Below, piece by piece: positions 1 through 9,160 of a stretch of 48,107 nucleotides of DNA; positions within the stretch are counted from its first letter, which is position 1, and each line of letters opens with the position of its first letter. Location of the stretch: NCBI GenBank assembly GCA_035701115.1, contig DASSOA010000092.1, forward strand, positions 1 through 48,107. The letters are read 5' to 3'. The notes under the pieces are model-generated. The model had not been told where the DNA came from. It saw only the letters and a list, made by a program, of their open reading frames with translations, and ran no database searches. This DNA comes from Gammaproteobacteria bacterium. Its GTDB lineage: Bacteria; Pseudomonadota; Gammaproteobacteria; Natronospirales; REEB76. The translations under genes were made by a program, and so were the position numbers.

Positions 1-642
1 GAAGCGCTGGATCTGCTGTTCATCCTGCATGCCGATCACGAACAGAACGCGAGCACCTCGACGGTGCGTCTGGCCGGCAGTTCCGGAACCAATCCCTATG
101 CAGCAATTGCCGCCGGTATCGCCACGCTGTGGGGACCGGCACACGGCGGCGCCAATGAAGCCGTGCTCAACATGCTGAAGGAAATCGGCGACGTCAAGAA
201 CATCGACAAGGCTCTCGCCAAGGCCAAGGACAAGAATTCGGGCTTCCGCCTGATGGGCTTCGGCCATCGCGTATACAAGAATTACGATCCGCGCGCCAAG
301 ATCATTCGAGCCACCTGTCATAAGGTCTTGCAGAAGCTGGGGCGTGATGACGATCCGTTGCTGGAGCTGGCAATGCGGCTCGAAGAAATCGCGCTCAAGG
401 ACGACTACTTCGTCGAGAAGAAGCTCTATCCCAACGTGGACTTCTATTCGGGAATCATCTACAAGGCGCTGGGCATTCCGATGAACATGTTCACGGTGAT
501 GTTCGCCATCGCACGCACCGTGGGCTGGGTCGCGCACTGGCAGGAAATGATCGCCGATCCGCATATGAAAATCGGCCGTCCGCGCCAGCTCTATACCGGC
601 GCGACGCGACGCGACTACGTCGAGATCGGCAAACGAAAATAG
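1..642 (+). CDS. gltA: Citrate synthase, C-terminal part (5' end outside window)
   Basis: Frame 1 is open from the window edge. The translation [29 protein letters not shown]...[16 protein letters not shown]...VDFYSGI carries the type II citrate synthase catalytic-core motifs. Stop codon at 640-642. Confidence 0.95.
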   Translation, partial: EALDLLFILHADHEQNASTSTVRLAGSSGTNPYAAIAAGIATLWGPAHGGANEAVLNMLKEIGDVKNIDKALAKAKDKNSGFRLMGFGHRVYKNYDPRAKIIRATCHKVLQKLGRDDDPLLELAMRLEEIALKDDYFVEKKLYPNVDFYSGIIYKALGIPMNMFTVMFAIARTVGWVAHWQEMIADPHMKIGRPRQLYTGATRRDYVEIGKRK

Positions 643-667
643 CGCGCGGTTGCTGAATGCAGGCGTT

Positions 668-696
668 AAAAAAGCGGCGTTTTACGCCGCTTTTTT
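668..696. terminator. Bidirectional rho-independent terminator between gltA and the convergent 729..1385 gene
   Basis: AAAAAA (668-673), stem GCGGCGT (674-680), loop TTT, stem ACGCCGC (684-690), TTTTTT (691-696). The A-run and T-run flank a GC stem, so it can act in both directions. Confidence 0.7.
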
Positions 697-728
697 CATT
701 CGGACTGGAAATACCCGCGCGCCGCCCA

Positions 729-1385
729 CTACTCGCTGACCGCCAGCAGCAGATCCAGATCGCGCAGGGAAGCCCGCCGCATCGGTTTGCCGTCCACCGG
801 GCTGGCCGGCGCCTCACGGATGCCGTCCACACCGAACACCGTGAGTTCGATCGGCACCTCGCCCGCGACAAACCGGTAAACCGGATACTCATGCAGCGCG
901 CCATTGCCCGACTTCAGTTTGCGGGCGGAGACCTCGTACGGAATATTCTTTTCCATCAGGAAGATGGCAATCTGTTCCGGCATGTCGCTGAACACATGCA
1001 GGTAAATGACGTCGTATGCTGCCGCGGTCCCGGCGAGAACCGGCCCGACCAGTCTTGCGTTGAAAGGCGCCAGCAATTGCATGGCATCGCGCGCAGTGCG
1101 CCGCAGCTTGCGCAGCAGGTGCGGCTGCGAATCCGCCTGGAACAGGCGCTGGCGTTCCATGACGGCGTGCTCAACCTCGAGATTGGTCGGCATGTGCAGG
1201 CTGCGGGGATCGAAACCCAGCCGTTCAGCCGCCTTGCGTTTCGCGAACAGGAAGTCCCGCACTCCTTCCTCGGCCATGATGCGGGCCGCTTCCTCGGTCA
1301 GGAGACGCCGGGAATCATCCGTACGTGGCGACGCGCGTCGGGTCATCAGTGCTCTGGAAAAGGGCATCTGAAAAAAGGGTAGCAC
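729..1385 (-). CDS. Conserved hypothetical protein co-oriented directly downstream of PBP1A, function unknown
   Basis: The minus-strand ORF has a protein-like composition (RRLLTEEAARIMAEEGVRDFLFAKRKAAERLG...), whereas the overlapping plus-strand ORF 657..1382 is Arg/Gln-rich junk. The longest ORF starts at GTG 1385, 6 nt after the ponA stop. Alternative ATG starts lie at 1367 and 1346 (MTRRASPR...). The segment GPVLAGTAAAYDVIYLHVF faintly resembles a Pol-beta-type nucleotidyltransferase fold, but no clear catalytic Asp pair is present. Confidence 0.6.
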   Translation of the reverse strand: MLPFFQMPFSRALMTRRASPRTDDSRRLLTEEAARIMAEEGVRDFLFAKRKAAERLGFDPRSLHMPTNLEVEHAVMERQRLFQADSQPHLLRKLRRTARDAMQLLAPFNARLVGPVLAGTAAAYDVIYLHVFSDMPEQIAIFLMEKNIPYEVSARKLKSGNGALHEYPVYRFVAGEVPIELTVFGVDGIREAPASPVDGKPMRRASLRDLDLLLAVSE

Positions 1386-1391
1386 ATCCGC

Positions 1392-3794
1392 CTAAAACAG
1401 ATCGCTGCTACCCTGCTTCTTCTTGTCCGGTTCCTTGGCCGGCAGATGGCCGGCTTCGAAATATTCCCAGATTGACCCTGGCGATGTGGCGCTGACCAGC
1501 AGCCCGGTCACCGGATCGATGCGCGCGCGCACCAGCCCCGGTGGCTGGGGATAGGGATCCGTCGGATCAGGCACATGGTTGAGCGCAGCACCCATGAAGT
1601 CCGTCCAGATCGGCAGCGCCGCACGCGCGCCCTGCTCGCCGTTACCCAGCGACTGCGACGGCTGGTCGTTGCCGACCCACACCACGGTGACGATGTCGTT
1701 GTTGAAGCCGTCGAACCAGGCATCGGTCCAATCGTTGGTGGTCCCGGTCTTGCCGGCGAGATCGTCGCGGCCCAGCGCACGCGCGCCCTGGCCGGTTCCG
1801 TAGTTGATCACGTCCTGCATCATGCTGGTCATCAACCAGTCGTTTTGCGGCGTGATGACCTGGGGCGCAAAGCTGGGCATCGCGGGCGGCGGATCAGCCG
1901 CGGCAGGCGTGAGCGTCTTGGTTGCTCCGCTCGTATCTACGCTGCAGGTGTCGCAGGCAACACTCGGATCGGCTTCGAACAACACCTTGCCAGAACCGTC
2001 TTCAATCCGCTGGATGTAATACGGCGTGACTCGAAAACCGTGGTTGGCGAATACCGAATAGCCTCGCGCCATTTCCAGTGGCGTGAGACTGGCGCTGCCG
2101 AGCGCCATGGTCAGGTTGTGGGGAATTTCGTCGGCTGCAAAACCGAATTTGCCGAGGTAATTCAGTGCGTAGTCGATACCGATGGTCTGCAGTACGCGAA
2201 TCGACACCAGGTTCAGCGAGTGCGCCAGGGCGTTACGCAAACGCGTCGGGCCGCTGAAATCCCCTTCATAGTTTCCGGGGCGCCAGGCGCCCAATGCGGG
2301 GTCTTTCACCACTACCGGCGCATCATTCACAACCGTCGCAGGGGTGAAGCCATCTTCCAGCGCGGCCGAATAATAGAACGGCTTGAAAGACGAGCCGGGC
2401 TGGCGGTGCGCCTGCGTGACGCGGTTGAATTTGCTGGCATTGAAATCGAACCCGCCGACCAGCGCGACAATTGCGCCATCGAACGGATCCACTGAAACCA
2501 GCGCGCTTTGTGCGGTCGGGACCTGCGCAAGATCCCAGTTACCCTGCGCATCCTGACGCAGATACACGATGTCGCCGCGCTTGAATATATCCGAAGCATT
2601 TTTAGGAGAGACACCCACCGAGTTGACATCAAGATACTTGCGGGCCCACTTCAGCCCGTTCCAGTCCACGCGCACGAGGCCGGCGCCGTCGGCATAGAGT
2701 TCCGCGCTCTGATCCTGAAGTGAAACCACCACGGCGGGATCAAGGCCGCCGACATGATCGCGGCTCTCGACCGCCTGCTTGAATTCATTTTCGCCGGCGG
2801 TGCTGGCCAGGTTCACATGGGCGACCGCACCGCGCCAGCCGTGGCGCCGGTCGTAGTCGAGCAATCCGTCACGCACCGCCGCCACCGCCTTGGGCTGCAG
2901 TCGGCTGTCGATGGTGGTCGTCACCGAGTAGCCCGCGGTGTAGGCATCGTCCCCGTATTTGGCAACCATGTCATTGCGCACCATTTCGGCGACATACGGT
3001 GCACTGACGGCGGCCGTGGGTTCGTGGTACGTCGCCGTAAGCGGTGCTGCCATGGCCTGGTTGTAATCGTCCTGGGTGATATAGCCGTCCGCCAGCATGC
3101 GCCCCAGCACATAGCCGCGCCGCGCCAGGGCCCGCTGCGGGTTGGCAAGCGGATTTGCCGCCGACGGTGCCTGCGGCAGGCCCGCGATCATCGCAATCTG
3201 GGCCAGGGTCAGGTGATCGACATCGGTGCCGTAATACACCTCCGCGGCAGCGCCGGCGCCATAGGCCCGGTTACCGAGATAAATCTTGTTGATATAGAGC
3301 GCCAGGATGTCCTGCTTGGACAGCTCACGCTCGATCTTCAATGCCAGAAAGGCTTCCCTGATCTTGCGGCTGAAGGTCTTTTTGCGGGTCAGAAAGAAAT
3401 CGCGTGCAACCTGCATGGTGATGGTGCCGCCGCCCTGGGTGCGCCGGCCAGTGAGGGCGAGGTGAATGGCCGCACGCAGCACCCCTTCGACGTCGATTCC
3501 CGGATGTTCCCAGAAATGCTCGTCTTCCGCGGCGACAAAGGCGTTGACCATCGGCTTTGGAATCTGCTCGAACGACAGCGGAATCCGGCGCTTTTCGCCG
3601 AACTGGGCCAGCAATCGGCCATCGCGCGTGTACACCCTGAGCGGGACCTGCAGCCGGATGTCCTTGAGGACGGCGACAGAAGGCAGGCTGGGCGCGACGT
3701 ACAGATAGGTGATGACGACCCCCAGGACACCCAACCCGAAGAGGGCCAGACCACCCACAATCACAACATATAGTGCTTTAGGTAAACGGCGCAT
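1392..3794 (-). CDS. mrcA: Penicillin-binding protein 1A (bifunctional glycosyltransferase/transpeptidase)
   Basis: 800 aa with an N-terminal TM anchor. GT51 motifs are EDEHFWEHPGID and GGGTITMQVARDFFL. The transpeptidase SxxK motif is GSSFKPFYY. It sits divergent from pilM, as ponA does in Pseudomonas. Confidence 0.95.
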   Translation of the reverse strand: MRRLPKALYVVIVGGLALFGLGVLGVVITYLYVAPSLPSVAVLKDIRLQVPLRVYTRDGRLLAQFGEKRRIPLSFEQIPKPMVNAFVAAEDEHFWEHPGIDVEGVLRAAIHLALTGRRTQGGGTITMQVARDFFLTRKKTFSRKIREAFLALKIERELSKQDILALYINKIYLGNRAYGAGAAAEVYYGTDVDHLTLAQIAMIAGLPQAPSAANPLANPQRALARRGYVLGRMLADGYITQDDYNQAMAAPLTATYHEPTAAVSAPYVAEMVRNDMVAKYGDDAYTAGYSVTTTIDSRLQPKAVAAVRDGLLDYDRRHGWRGAVAHVNLASTAGENEFKQAVESRDHVGGLDPAVVVSLQDQSAELYADGAGLVRVDWNGLKWARKYLDVNSVGVSPKNASDIFKRGDIVYLRQDAQGNWDLAQVPTAQSALVSVDPFDGAIVALVGGFDFNASKFNRVTQAHRQPGSSFKPFYYSAALEDGFTPATVVNDAPVVVKDPALGAWRPGNYEGDFSGPTRLRNALAHSLNLVSIRVLQTIGIDYALNYLGKFGFAADEIPHNLTMALGSASLTPLEMARGYSVFANHGFRVTPYYIQRIEDGSGKVLFEADPSVACDTCSVDTSGATKTLTPAAADPPPAMPSFAPQVITPQNDWLMTSMMQDVINYGTGQGARALGRDDLAGKTGTTNDWTDAWFDGFNNDIVTVVWVGNDQPSQSLGNGEQGARAALPIWTDFMGAALNHVPDPTDPYPQPPGLVRARIDPVTGLLVSATSPGSIWEYFEAGHLPAKEPDKKKQGSSDLF

Positions 3795-3871
3795 CGGATA
3801 CCTGCTGAAAGGCCGTCATGGCCGGCTGGAGGTGGTGAGAAAGCACACACCCGAAAATGGAAAAACTATAT

Positions 3872-3899
3872 TTGATTTAATCATTTGTTGATATATATT
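3872..3899 (+). promoter_or_regulatory. Candidate sigma70 promoter for the pilMNOPQ operon
   Basis: TTGATT (3872-3877), a 16-nt spacer, then TATATT (3894-3899). It lies in the only strongly AT-rich stretch of the window, about 70 nt upstream of the pilM GTG. A TATAGT on the opposite strand (3870..3865) could serve ponA. Confidence 0.35.
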
Positions 3900-3968
3900 G
3901 AAGCTGTAACTTAAGACCTGGGGAGGCTCCAAGGGGCCTTATCCTACGACCTAGCGAAGGGTAAACGC

Positions 3969-5027
3969 GTGCTTTTCAAGCGATCGTCACAGCCCCTTTT
4001 GGGAATCGACATCAGCACCTCTTCAGTGAAGCTGATCGAACTCTCCAAGAGCGGCGGGACCTACAAGGTAGAAAGCTTCGCTGCCGAGGCCATGCCCGCC
4101 AATGCTATCACCGACAAGGTGATCATGGACGTGGAAGCGGTGGGCAATGCTGTGCGCAAGGCCGTCAAGCGTGCCAATCCGACTACCAAACTGGCAGCCG
4201 TCGCAATCGGCGGCCAGGTCATGACCAAGACCATCCAGATGCCGATCACGCTCTCGGACAAGGATCTGGGTGAACAGATCGAGCTGCAGGCCGATCAATA
4301 CATTTCCCAGCCGCTTGAAGAAGTGGCGTTCGATTACGAAATTCTGGGTGCCTCCGAAAACGACCCCGAGCTGGTGGACGTGCTGCTGGTCGCCGCACGC
4401 CGCGAAAACGTCGAGAAGGTACAGAGCGTCATGGATGTCGCCGGGTTGACCGCGAAGGTGGTTGACGTGGAGGTTTACGCGCTCGAAAACGCAGTGGAAC
4501 TGCTGATATACCAGATGGTGGATGAAGGCCTCGACCGCACCATCGGATTGGTGGACTTTGGCGCCGCCACCACCACTTTCAGCGTGGTTCACGACCGCAA
4601 GATCATCTACAACTACAACAGCGACTTCGGCGGCAAACTGCTGACTGAAGAAATCATGCGCCATTACGGCCTGACGTTCGAAGAAGCGGGAAAAGCCAAG
4701 AAGGAGGGCGGCCTGCCGAACAACTACAAGGTGGAAATACTGGATCCGTTCATGGATGACATGGCGCAGGCGGTGAACCGCTCGTTGCAGTTCTATCAGT
4801 CTTCGACCAGCGAGCACCAGCACCTCGACCAGATCATCGTGTGCGGCGGTTGCGCGTCCATTCCCGGTGCCGCAGAACGCATCAGCGAACGCCTCAATAC
4901 ACCTGCGGTCGTTGGTAATCCTTTCGGCAAAATGAAACTGTCGTCCCGCGCCAAGGCGCAGTTGGCAGAAAACGAATCCGCGGCACTCCTCATTGCCTGC
5001 GGATTGGCGTTACGGAGCTTCGACTGA
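3969..5027 (+). CDS. pilM: Type IV pilus assembly protein PilM (actin-like ATPase fold)
   Basis: 352 aa with the typical PilM N-terminus LLGIDISTSSVKLIELSK. It is the first gene of a pilMNOPQ-ordered operon. GTG start with a GAAGG Shine-Dalgarno upstream. Confidence 0.95.
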   Translation: MLFKRSSQPLLGIDISTSSVKLIELSKSGGTYKVESFAAEAMPANAITDKVIMDVEAVGNAVRKAVKRANPTTKLAAVAIGGQVMTKTIQMPITLSDKDLGEQIELQADQYISQPLEEVAFDYEILGASENDPELVDVLLVAARRENVEKVQSVMDVAGLTAKVVDVEVYALENAVELLIYQMVDEGLDRTIGLVDFGAATTTFSVVHDRKIIYNYNSDFGGKLLTEEIMRHYGLTFEEAGKAKKEGGLPNNYKVEILDPFMDDMAQAVNRSLQFYQSSTSEHQHLDQIIVCGGCASIPGAAERISERLNTPAVVGNPFGKMKLSSRAKAQLAENESAALLIACGLALRSFD

Positions 5028-5028
5028 C

Positions 5029-5622
5029 ATGCCACGCATCAACCTGCTCCCCTGGCGCGAAGAGCGACGCAGACAGCGTCAGCAATCCTTCAATATCATG
5101 GCGGTGACCGTCGCCGGGCTTGCCGGCGTCGTGGTACTGGCGATGTACGGTCTGGTGAGTGCGGCAATCTCCAACCAGGATGCCCGAAATGCTTATCTCA
5201 AGGACCAGATCGCCGGACTCGACAAGCAGATTGCCCAGATCAAGGATCTGCAGAAAACCAAACAACAGCTCCTGGCTCGCATGCAGATCATCGAAGAGCT
5301 GCAGCGCAGCCGCCCCACAGAAGTGCACGTGTTTGACCAGCTGGTCAGAACCCTGCCTCCCGGTGTGTACCTCACTCACGTGAACCAGAAAGGCACTGTG
5401 CTCAGCCTTGACGGAATTGCGGAGTCCAGCGCGCGTGTCTCCGCATATATGCGCAATATCGACAATTCAATGTGGCTGGGTGATCCGAATCTGCAGATTG
5501 TGCAACAGGACAGTTCCGTTAAGCCGAATGCTCACCTGCAAAAGTTTGCTGTCACAGCCAAGATCATCGACAAAGCCGCCCAAGCGGCCAAAGAGGCCGA
5601 CAAACGAGGTAAGCGGCCATGA
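5029..5622 (+). CDS. pilN: Type IV pilus inner-membrane component PilN
   Basis: MPRINLLPWREERRR is the conserved PilM-binding N-terminus, followed by a single TM helix and a coiled coil. The ATG lies 1 nt after the pilM stop. The longer ORF from 4993 overlaps pilM and is unlikely. Confidence 0.9.
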   Translation: MPRINLLPWREERRRQRQQSFNIMAVTVAGLAGVVVLAMYGLVSAAISNQDARNAYLKDQIAGLDKQIAQIKDLQKTKQQLLARMQIIEELQRSRPTEVHVFDQLVRTLPPGVYLTHVNQKGTVLSLDGIAESSARVSAYMRNIDNSMWLGDPNLQIVQQDSSVKPNAHLQKFAVTAKIIDKAAQAAKEADKRGKRP

Positions 5623-6269
5623 ATCTTGACGACCTGAACAAGAAATTTCAGGAACTTCAAAACCTGGACCCCAAAAACATCGGCAGCTGGCCGCTGTTTG
5701 CACGGATCCTGACACTCCTGGTGATCTTTGTTGTAGTCGTAGGAGCTGGATACTGGTTTGTCATCCGCGATCAGCAGGCACAGCTCGCCGAGGATGCAAA
5801 CAAGGAAATTTCGCTGAAAAAGGAATTCGAAGACAAAGCCTCCAAAGCGGCCAATCTTGCAACGTACAAAAAGCAACTCGATGAAATGACCAAATCCTTC
5901 GGCACCATGCTGCGCCAGTTGCCCGGCAGGACCGAGATCCCGAGTCTGTTGCAGGATATTTCCCAGACCGCTCAGGTTGACGGGCTGAAGCAGAACCTGT
6001 TTCAGCCGGAAAACGAAATCCGCAAGGATTTCTACGCGGAAAAGCCGATACGAATCGTGGTTGAGGGCAACTACCATGAATTCGGCAAATTTGTCAGCGA
6101 TGTTGCCGCTCTGCCGCGCATCGTGACCGTGCACGATATTGACATCAAACCGCAAGGCGCCAACGCCAAGGGAAACAACCTGGTCATGACCCTGACTGCC
6201 AAAACCTACCGTTACCTCGAAGGAAACGAGGGTGGCACCAAGGGTTCCAAAGGACGAGGCCACAGATGA
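5619..6269 (+). CDS. pilO: Type IV pilus inner-membrane component PilO
   Basis: 216 aa with an N-terminal TM helix (WPLFARILTLLVIFVVVVGAGYWF), a coiled coil and a ferredoxin-like C-terminal part. An ATGA start/stop overlap with pilN indicates translational coupling. Confidence 0.9.
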   Translation: MNLDDLNKKFQELQNLDPKNIGSWPLFARILTLLVIFVVVVGAGYWFVIRDQQAQLAEDANKEISLKKEFEDKASKAANLATYKKQLDEMTKSFGTMLRQLPGRTEIPSLLQDISQTAQVDGLKQNLFQPENEIRKDFYAEKPIRIVVEGNYHEFGKFVSDVAALPRIVTVHDIDIKPQGANAKGNNLVMTLTAKTYRYLEGNEGGTKGSKGRGHR

Positions 6270-6811
6270 TATATCCGCATTACATTCATCGCATTCGCGC
6301 AGCGCTGGCTCTGGCGATCAGTGTTCTGTCGCTGACTGCTTGTGGCGATCGCATGAGCGATCTGCGTCAATATGCGGAACAGGTGAAAGCACGCAAGGGC
6401 GGTTACGTGGAACCATTGCCCCAGGTGAAGCCTTTCGAAACTTTCATCTATGCGGATGCCAACCTGCGCTCGCCATTCGACCCGCAGTTGCAGGCCATGA
6501 ATAACGCCAATCTCAAGAGCAATGCCAGCTCGGGCATTCACCCGGATTTCAATCGCAATCGCGAATACCTTGAACAGTTCCCGCTGGACAGCCTGAAGAT
6601 GCTGGGAACACTCAATGCCGACGGAACGCTGTGGGCATTGATCCGGGACGGAGACGGCATTGTGCACCGGGTCAAGAAAGGAAATTACATGGGCCAGAAT
6701 TTCGGAAAAGTCATCAGCATTAGCGATTCCGGCCTGACATTGCGTGAAATCGTGCCGGACGGCCAGGGCGGCTGGACCGAGCGCATGACGAACGTGCAGC
6801 TGGGCGACTGA
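6266..6811 (+). CDS. pilP: Type IV pilus lipoprotein PilP
   Basis: 181 aa with lipobox LSLTAC. It occupies the position between pilO and pilQ and has an ATGA overlap with pilO. Confidence 0.85.
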   Translation: MIYPHYIHRIRAALALAISVLSLTACGDRMSDLRQYAEQVKARKGGYVEPLPQVKPFETFIYADANLRSPFDPQLQAMNNANLKSNASSGIHPDFNRNREYLEQFPLDSLKMLGTLNADGTLWALIRDGDGIVHRVKKGNYMGQNFGKVISISDSGLTLREIVPDGQGGWTERMTNVQLGD

Positions 6812-6833
6812 ACGGCAAGGTGAGGCAACAGCC

Positions 6834-9101
6834 ATGAACACGAAACACAAATTTCTTCGAATCAAAACCGGTCTGGGCATAGCCGGTAGCTTTGCGTTGA
6901 GTCTGGCACTGCTGTGCATGCCTGTTGCGCATGCCCAGTCAGCCGACGCCGGCCAACTGCAATTGCAGTCGATCACGGCGACCAAGCTCACCGGCGACCG
7001 CGTGCAACTGACGTTGAAGCTCAGCGGGACCGCACCCAAGCCGCTGACGTTTACCGTGAATCAACCGGCACGTCTGGCGCTCGATCTTGACAACACGGGG
7101 CTCGCCCTCAAGAACCGCAAGACCGATGTCAGCGTCGGCGCGGTCAACAGTGTGGTGGCAGCCGAGGCCGGTGGTCGTACGCGCGTTGTCGTCAATCTCT
7201 CGACGCTGGTTCCGTACAACATCGCGACCCAGGGCGACGCGGTTTACGTGATTCTGGGCAGCGGCCCCAATGACACGGCCGTTGCCGAAACCAACCCCAG
7301 CAGTTTTGGTCCGGCCAGTTCCACACCTCAAGCCTTACCGGCTGCACCGGCCGTTGCGCCGTCAGCGTCTGCTCCGGCCAGCGCCGCGCCTGCTGCCACG
7401 CAAGCGGTTGCACAAACCGCAGCTGCATCGGGCAGAACACTGACTGCCGTGGACTTTCGTCGCGGCAGCGGCGGCACCGCGCAGGTCATGGTGGATCTGA
7501 GCGACCCGGGCATCATCGGCAATGTACACACCCAGGGTGGGAACATCGTCGTGGACTTCGCGGATGCGCATCTGCCGGCGAATCTTGTACGCCGGATGGA
7601 TGTATCCGATTTCGCAACGCCCGTGCTGTACGTTGACGCAGAGAATACTGCGGGCGGCGCCCGGCTTGTGATTCACCCCACCGGCAAATACGACAAACTT
7701 GCGTATCAGAGCGACAATACATTCTCGGTCGAAGTGAAACCCGTCGCACAACAGGCGGTTGCTCAGACAGGCGGCCTGGGCGGCAAGACGTACCAGGGCC
7801 AGAAGATCAGCCTGAACTTCCAGAATATCGACATTCGTGCGGTGCTGCAGATTCTGGCCGATGCCAGCGGCAGGAATATTGTGGTGTCCGACAGTGTGCG
7901 CGGCAACATCACACTGCGGCTTCAGGACGTGCCGTGGGATGAAGCGCTCGACATCATCCTGCACAGCAAAGGTCTCGCGGTACGTCAATACGGCAACGTG
8001 ATGATGGTGGGCACGGCAACGGAAATTGCCGCCCAGGAGGCCGCCGAATCGGCGGCTCAGGAAGCAGAGCCGCTGGAATCGGCTTTCATACAGATCAACT
8101 ACGCAAAAGCGGCGGACATTGCCAACCTTCTGAAGAACAACAACGCGTTGCTGTCCAAGCGGTCGAGCGTTTCGGTGGATACACGCACCAATACGCTTCT
8201 GATTCAGGATACCGCGTCCAATCTGGACCAGATCCGTCAGATGGTGGCCAAACTGGACGTGCCGGTAAAACAGGTTCTGATCGAATCCCGCATCGTTATT
8301 GCCAACAATGATTTCAACAGTGCGCTGGGTGTCAAATTCGGCGCCACCGGTGCCCGTGCCATCAACGGCAATAACGGGCTGATCGCAGTCACCGGTGATT
8401 CAACCGGCGCCAACACCATGATCAATTCGGCGATATCCAACATCGGCTCCAGCGGCCAGCAATTCCCAGTGGCGCTGCCGTCTCTGAACGACCAGCTCAA
8501 TGTCAACTCGCCGGCAGCCGGCGCGGCCGGACAAATCGGCCTGGCAATACTGAAGAACAACTATCTGATCAACCTCGAACTCTCCGCACTTCAGGCCGAG
8601 GGTAAAGGTGAAGTCGTATCCAGCCCGCGCGTAATCACCGCCAATCAGAGCAAAGCCCACATTGAACAGGGCGTGCAGATTCCTTATCAGCAGGCGGCTT
8701 CCAGCGGCGCAACAACGGTTTCATTCAAGAACGCCGTCCTCAGCCTTGACGTGACCCCGCAAATTACCCCTGACAGCCGCATCATCATGGACCTCGAGGT
8801 GCACAAAGACAGTATCGGCCAGAACGTGCCGACCGGCACAGGAGGAAGCGTACCAAGCATCGACACGCGCGATGTCAAGACCCAGGTGCTGGTCAACAAC
8901 GGCGATACGGTCGTCCTCGGAGGCGTGTATGAAACGACCAAGACGACCGGGGTCAGCAAGGTTCCGTTATTGGGCGATATCCCGCTGCTCGGCTGGCTGT
9001 TCCGCAGCACCACGACGATAGATAACAAGGACGAATTGCTGATTTTCGTGACGCCGAAGATTGTGATGGATCAGAGCGGCACCGGCGGTGTCGCTGAATA
9101 A
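6834..9101 (+). CDS. pilQ: Type IV pilus secretin PilQ
   Basis: 755 aa with a signal peptide. Two AMIN-like modules are split by an Ala/Pro-rich linker. The C-terminal secretin core reads VLIESRIVIAN...GDTVVLGGV...VPLLGDIPLLGWLFR. Confidence 0.95.
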   Translation: MNTKHKFLRIKTGLGIAGSFALSLALLCMPVAHAQSADAGQLQLQSITATKLTGDRVQLTLKLSGTAPKPLTFTVNQPARLALDLDNTGLALKNRKTDVSVGAVNSVVAAEAGGRTRVVVNLSTLVPYNIATQGDAVYVILGSGPNDTAVAETNPSSFGPASSTPQALPAAPAVAPSASAPASAAPAATQAVAQTAAASGRTLTAVDFRRGSGGTAQVMVDLSDPGIIGNVHTQGGNIVVDFADAHLPANLVRRMDVSDFATPVLYVDAENTAGGARLVIHPTGKYDKLAYQSDNTFSVEVKPVAQQAVAQTGGLGGKTYQGQKISLNFQNIDIRAVLQILADASGRNIVVSDSVRGNITLRLQDVPWDEALDIILHSKGLAVRQYGNVMMVGTATEIAAQEAAESAAQEAEPLESAFIQINYAKAADIANLLKNNNALLSKRSSVSVDTRTNTLLIQDTASNLDQIRQMVAKLDVPVKQVLIESRIVIANNDFNSALGVKFGATGARAINGNNGLIAVTGDSTGANTMINSAISNIGSSGQQFPVALPSLNDQLNVNSPAAGAAGQIGLAILKNNYLINLELSALQAEGKGEVVSSPRVITANQSKAHIEQGVQIPYQQAASSGATTVSFKNAVLSLDVTPQITPDSRIIMDLEVHKDSIGQNVPTGTGGSVPSIDTRDVKTQVLVNNGDTVVLGGVYETTKTTGVSKVPLLGDIPLLGWLFRSTTTIDNKDELLIFVTPKIVMDQSGTGGVAE

Positions 9102-9160
9102 CCGCGCCGTTTGTTGACAGGACCTGGCAGAGAAGCATTGAACGTACGAGGGTCACAGCC

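Noticed and set aside
3929-3938. The 10-mer CCAAGGGGCC is shared between the pilM leader (3929-3938) and the tricorn-protease upstream region (41190-41199), suggesting a possible common regulatory motif.
   Set aside because: There are only two copies of a short GC-rich word in about 96 kb of two-strand sequence. They sit at different distances from the start codons. Chance repetition is adequate as an explanation.
9114-9119. A TTGACA hexamer just after pilQ as an internal promoter for the lipoprotein gene.
   Set aside because: No acceptable -10 hexamer lies 16-18 nt downstream (only ATTGAA/CATTGA). It cannot be supported from the sequence alone.
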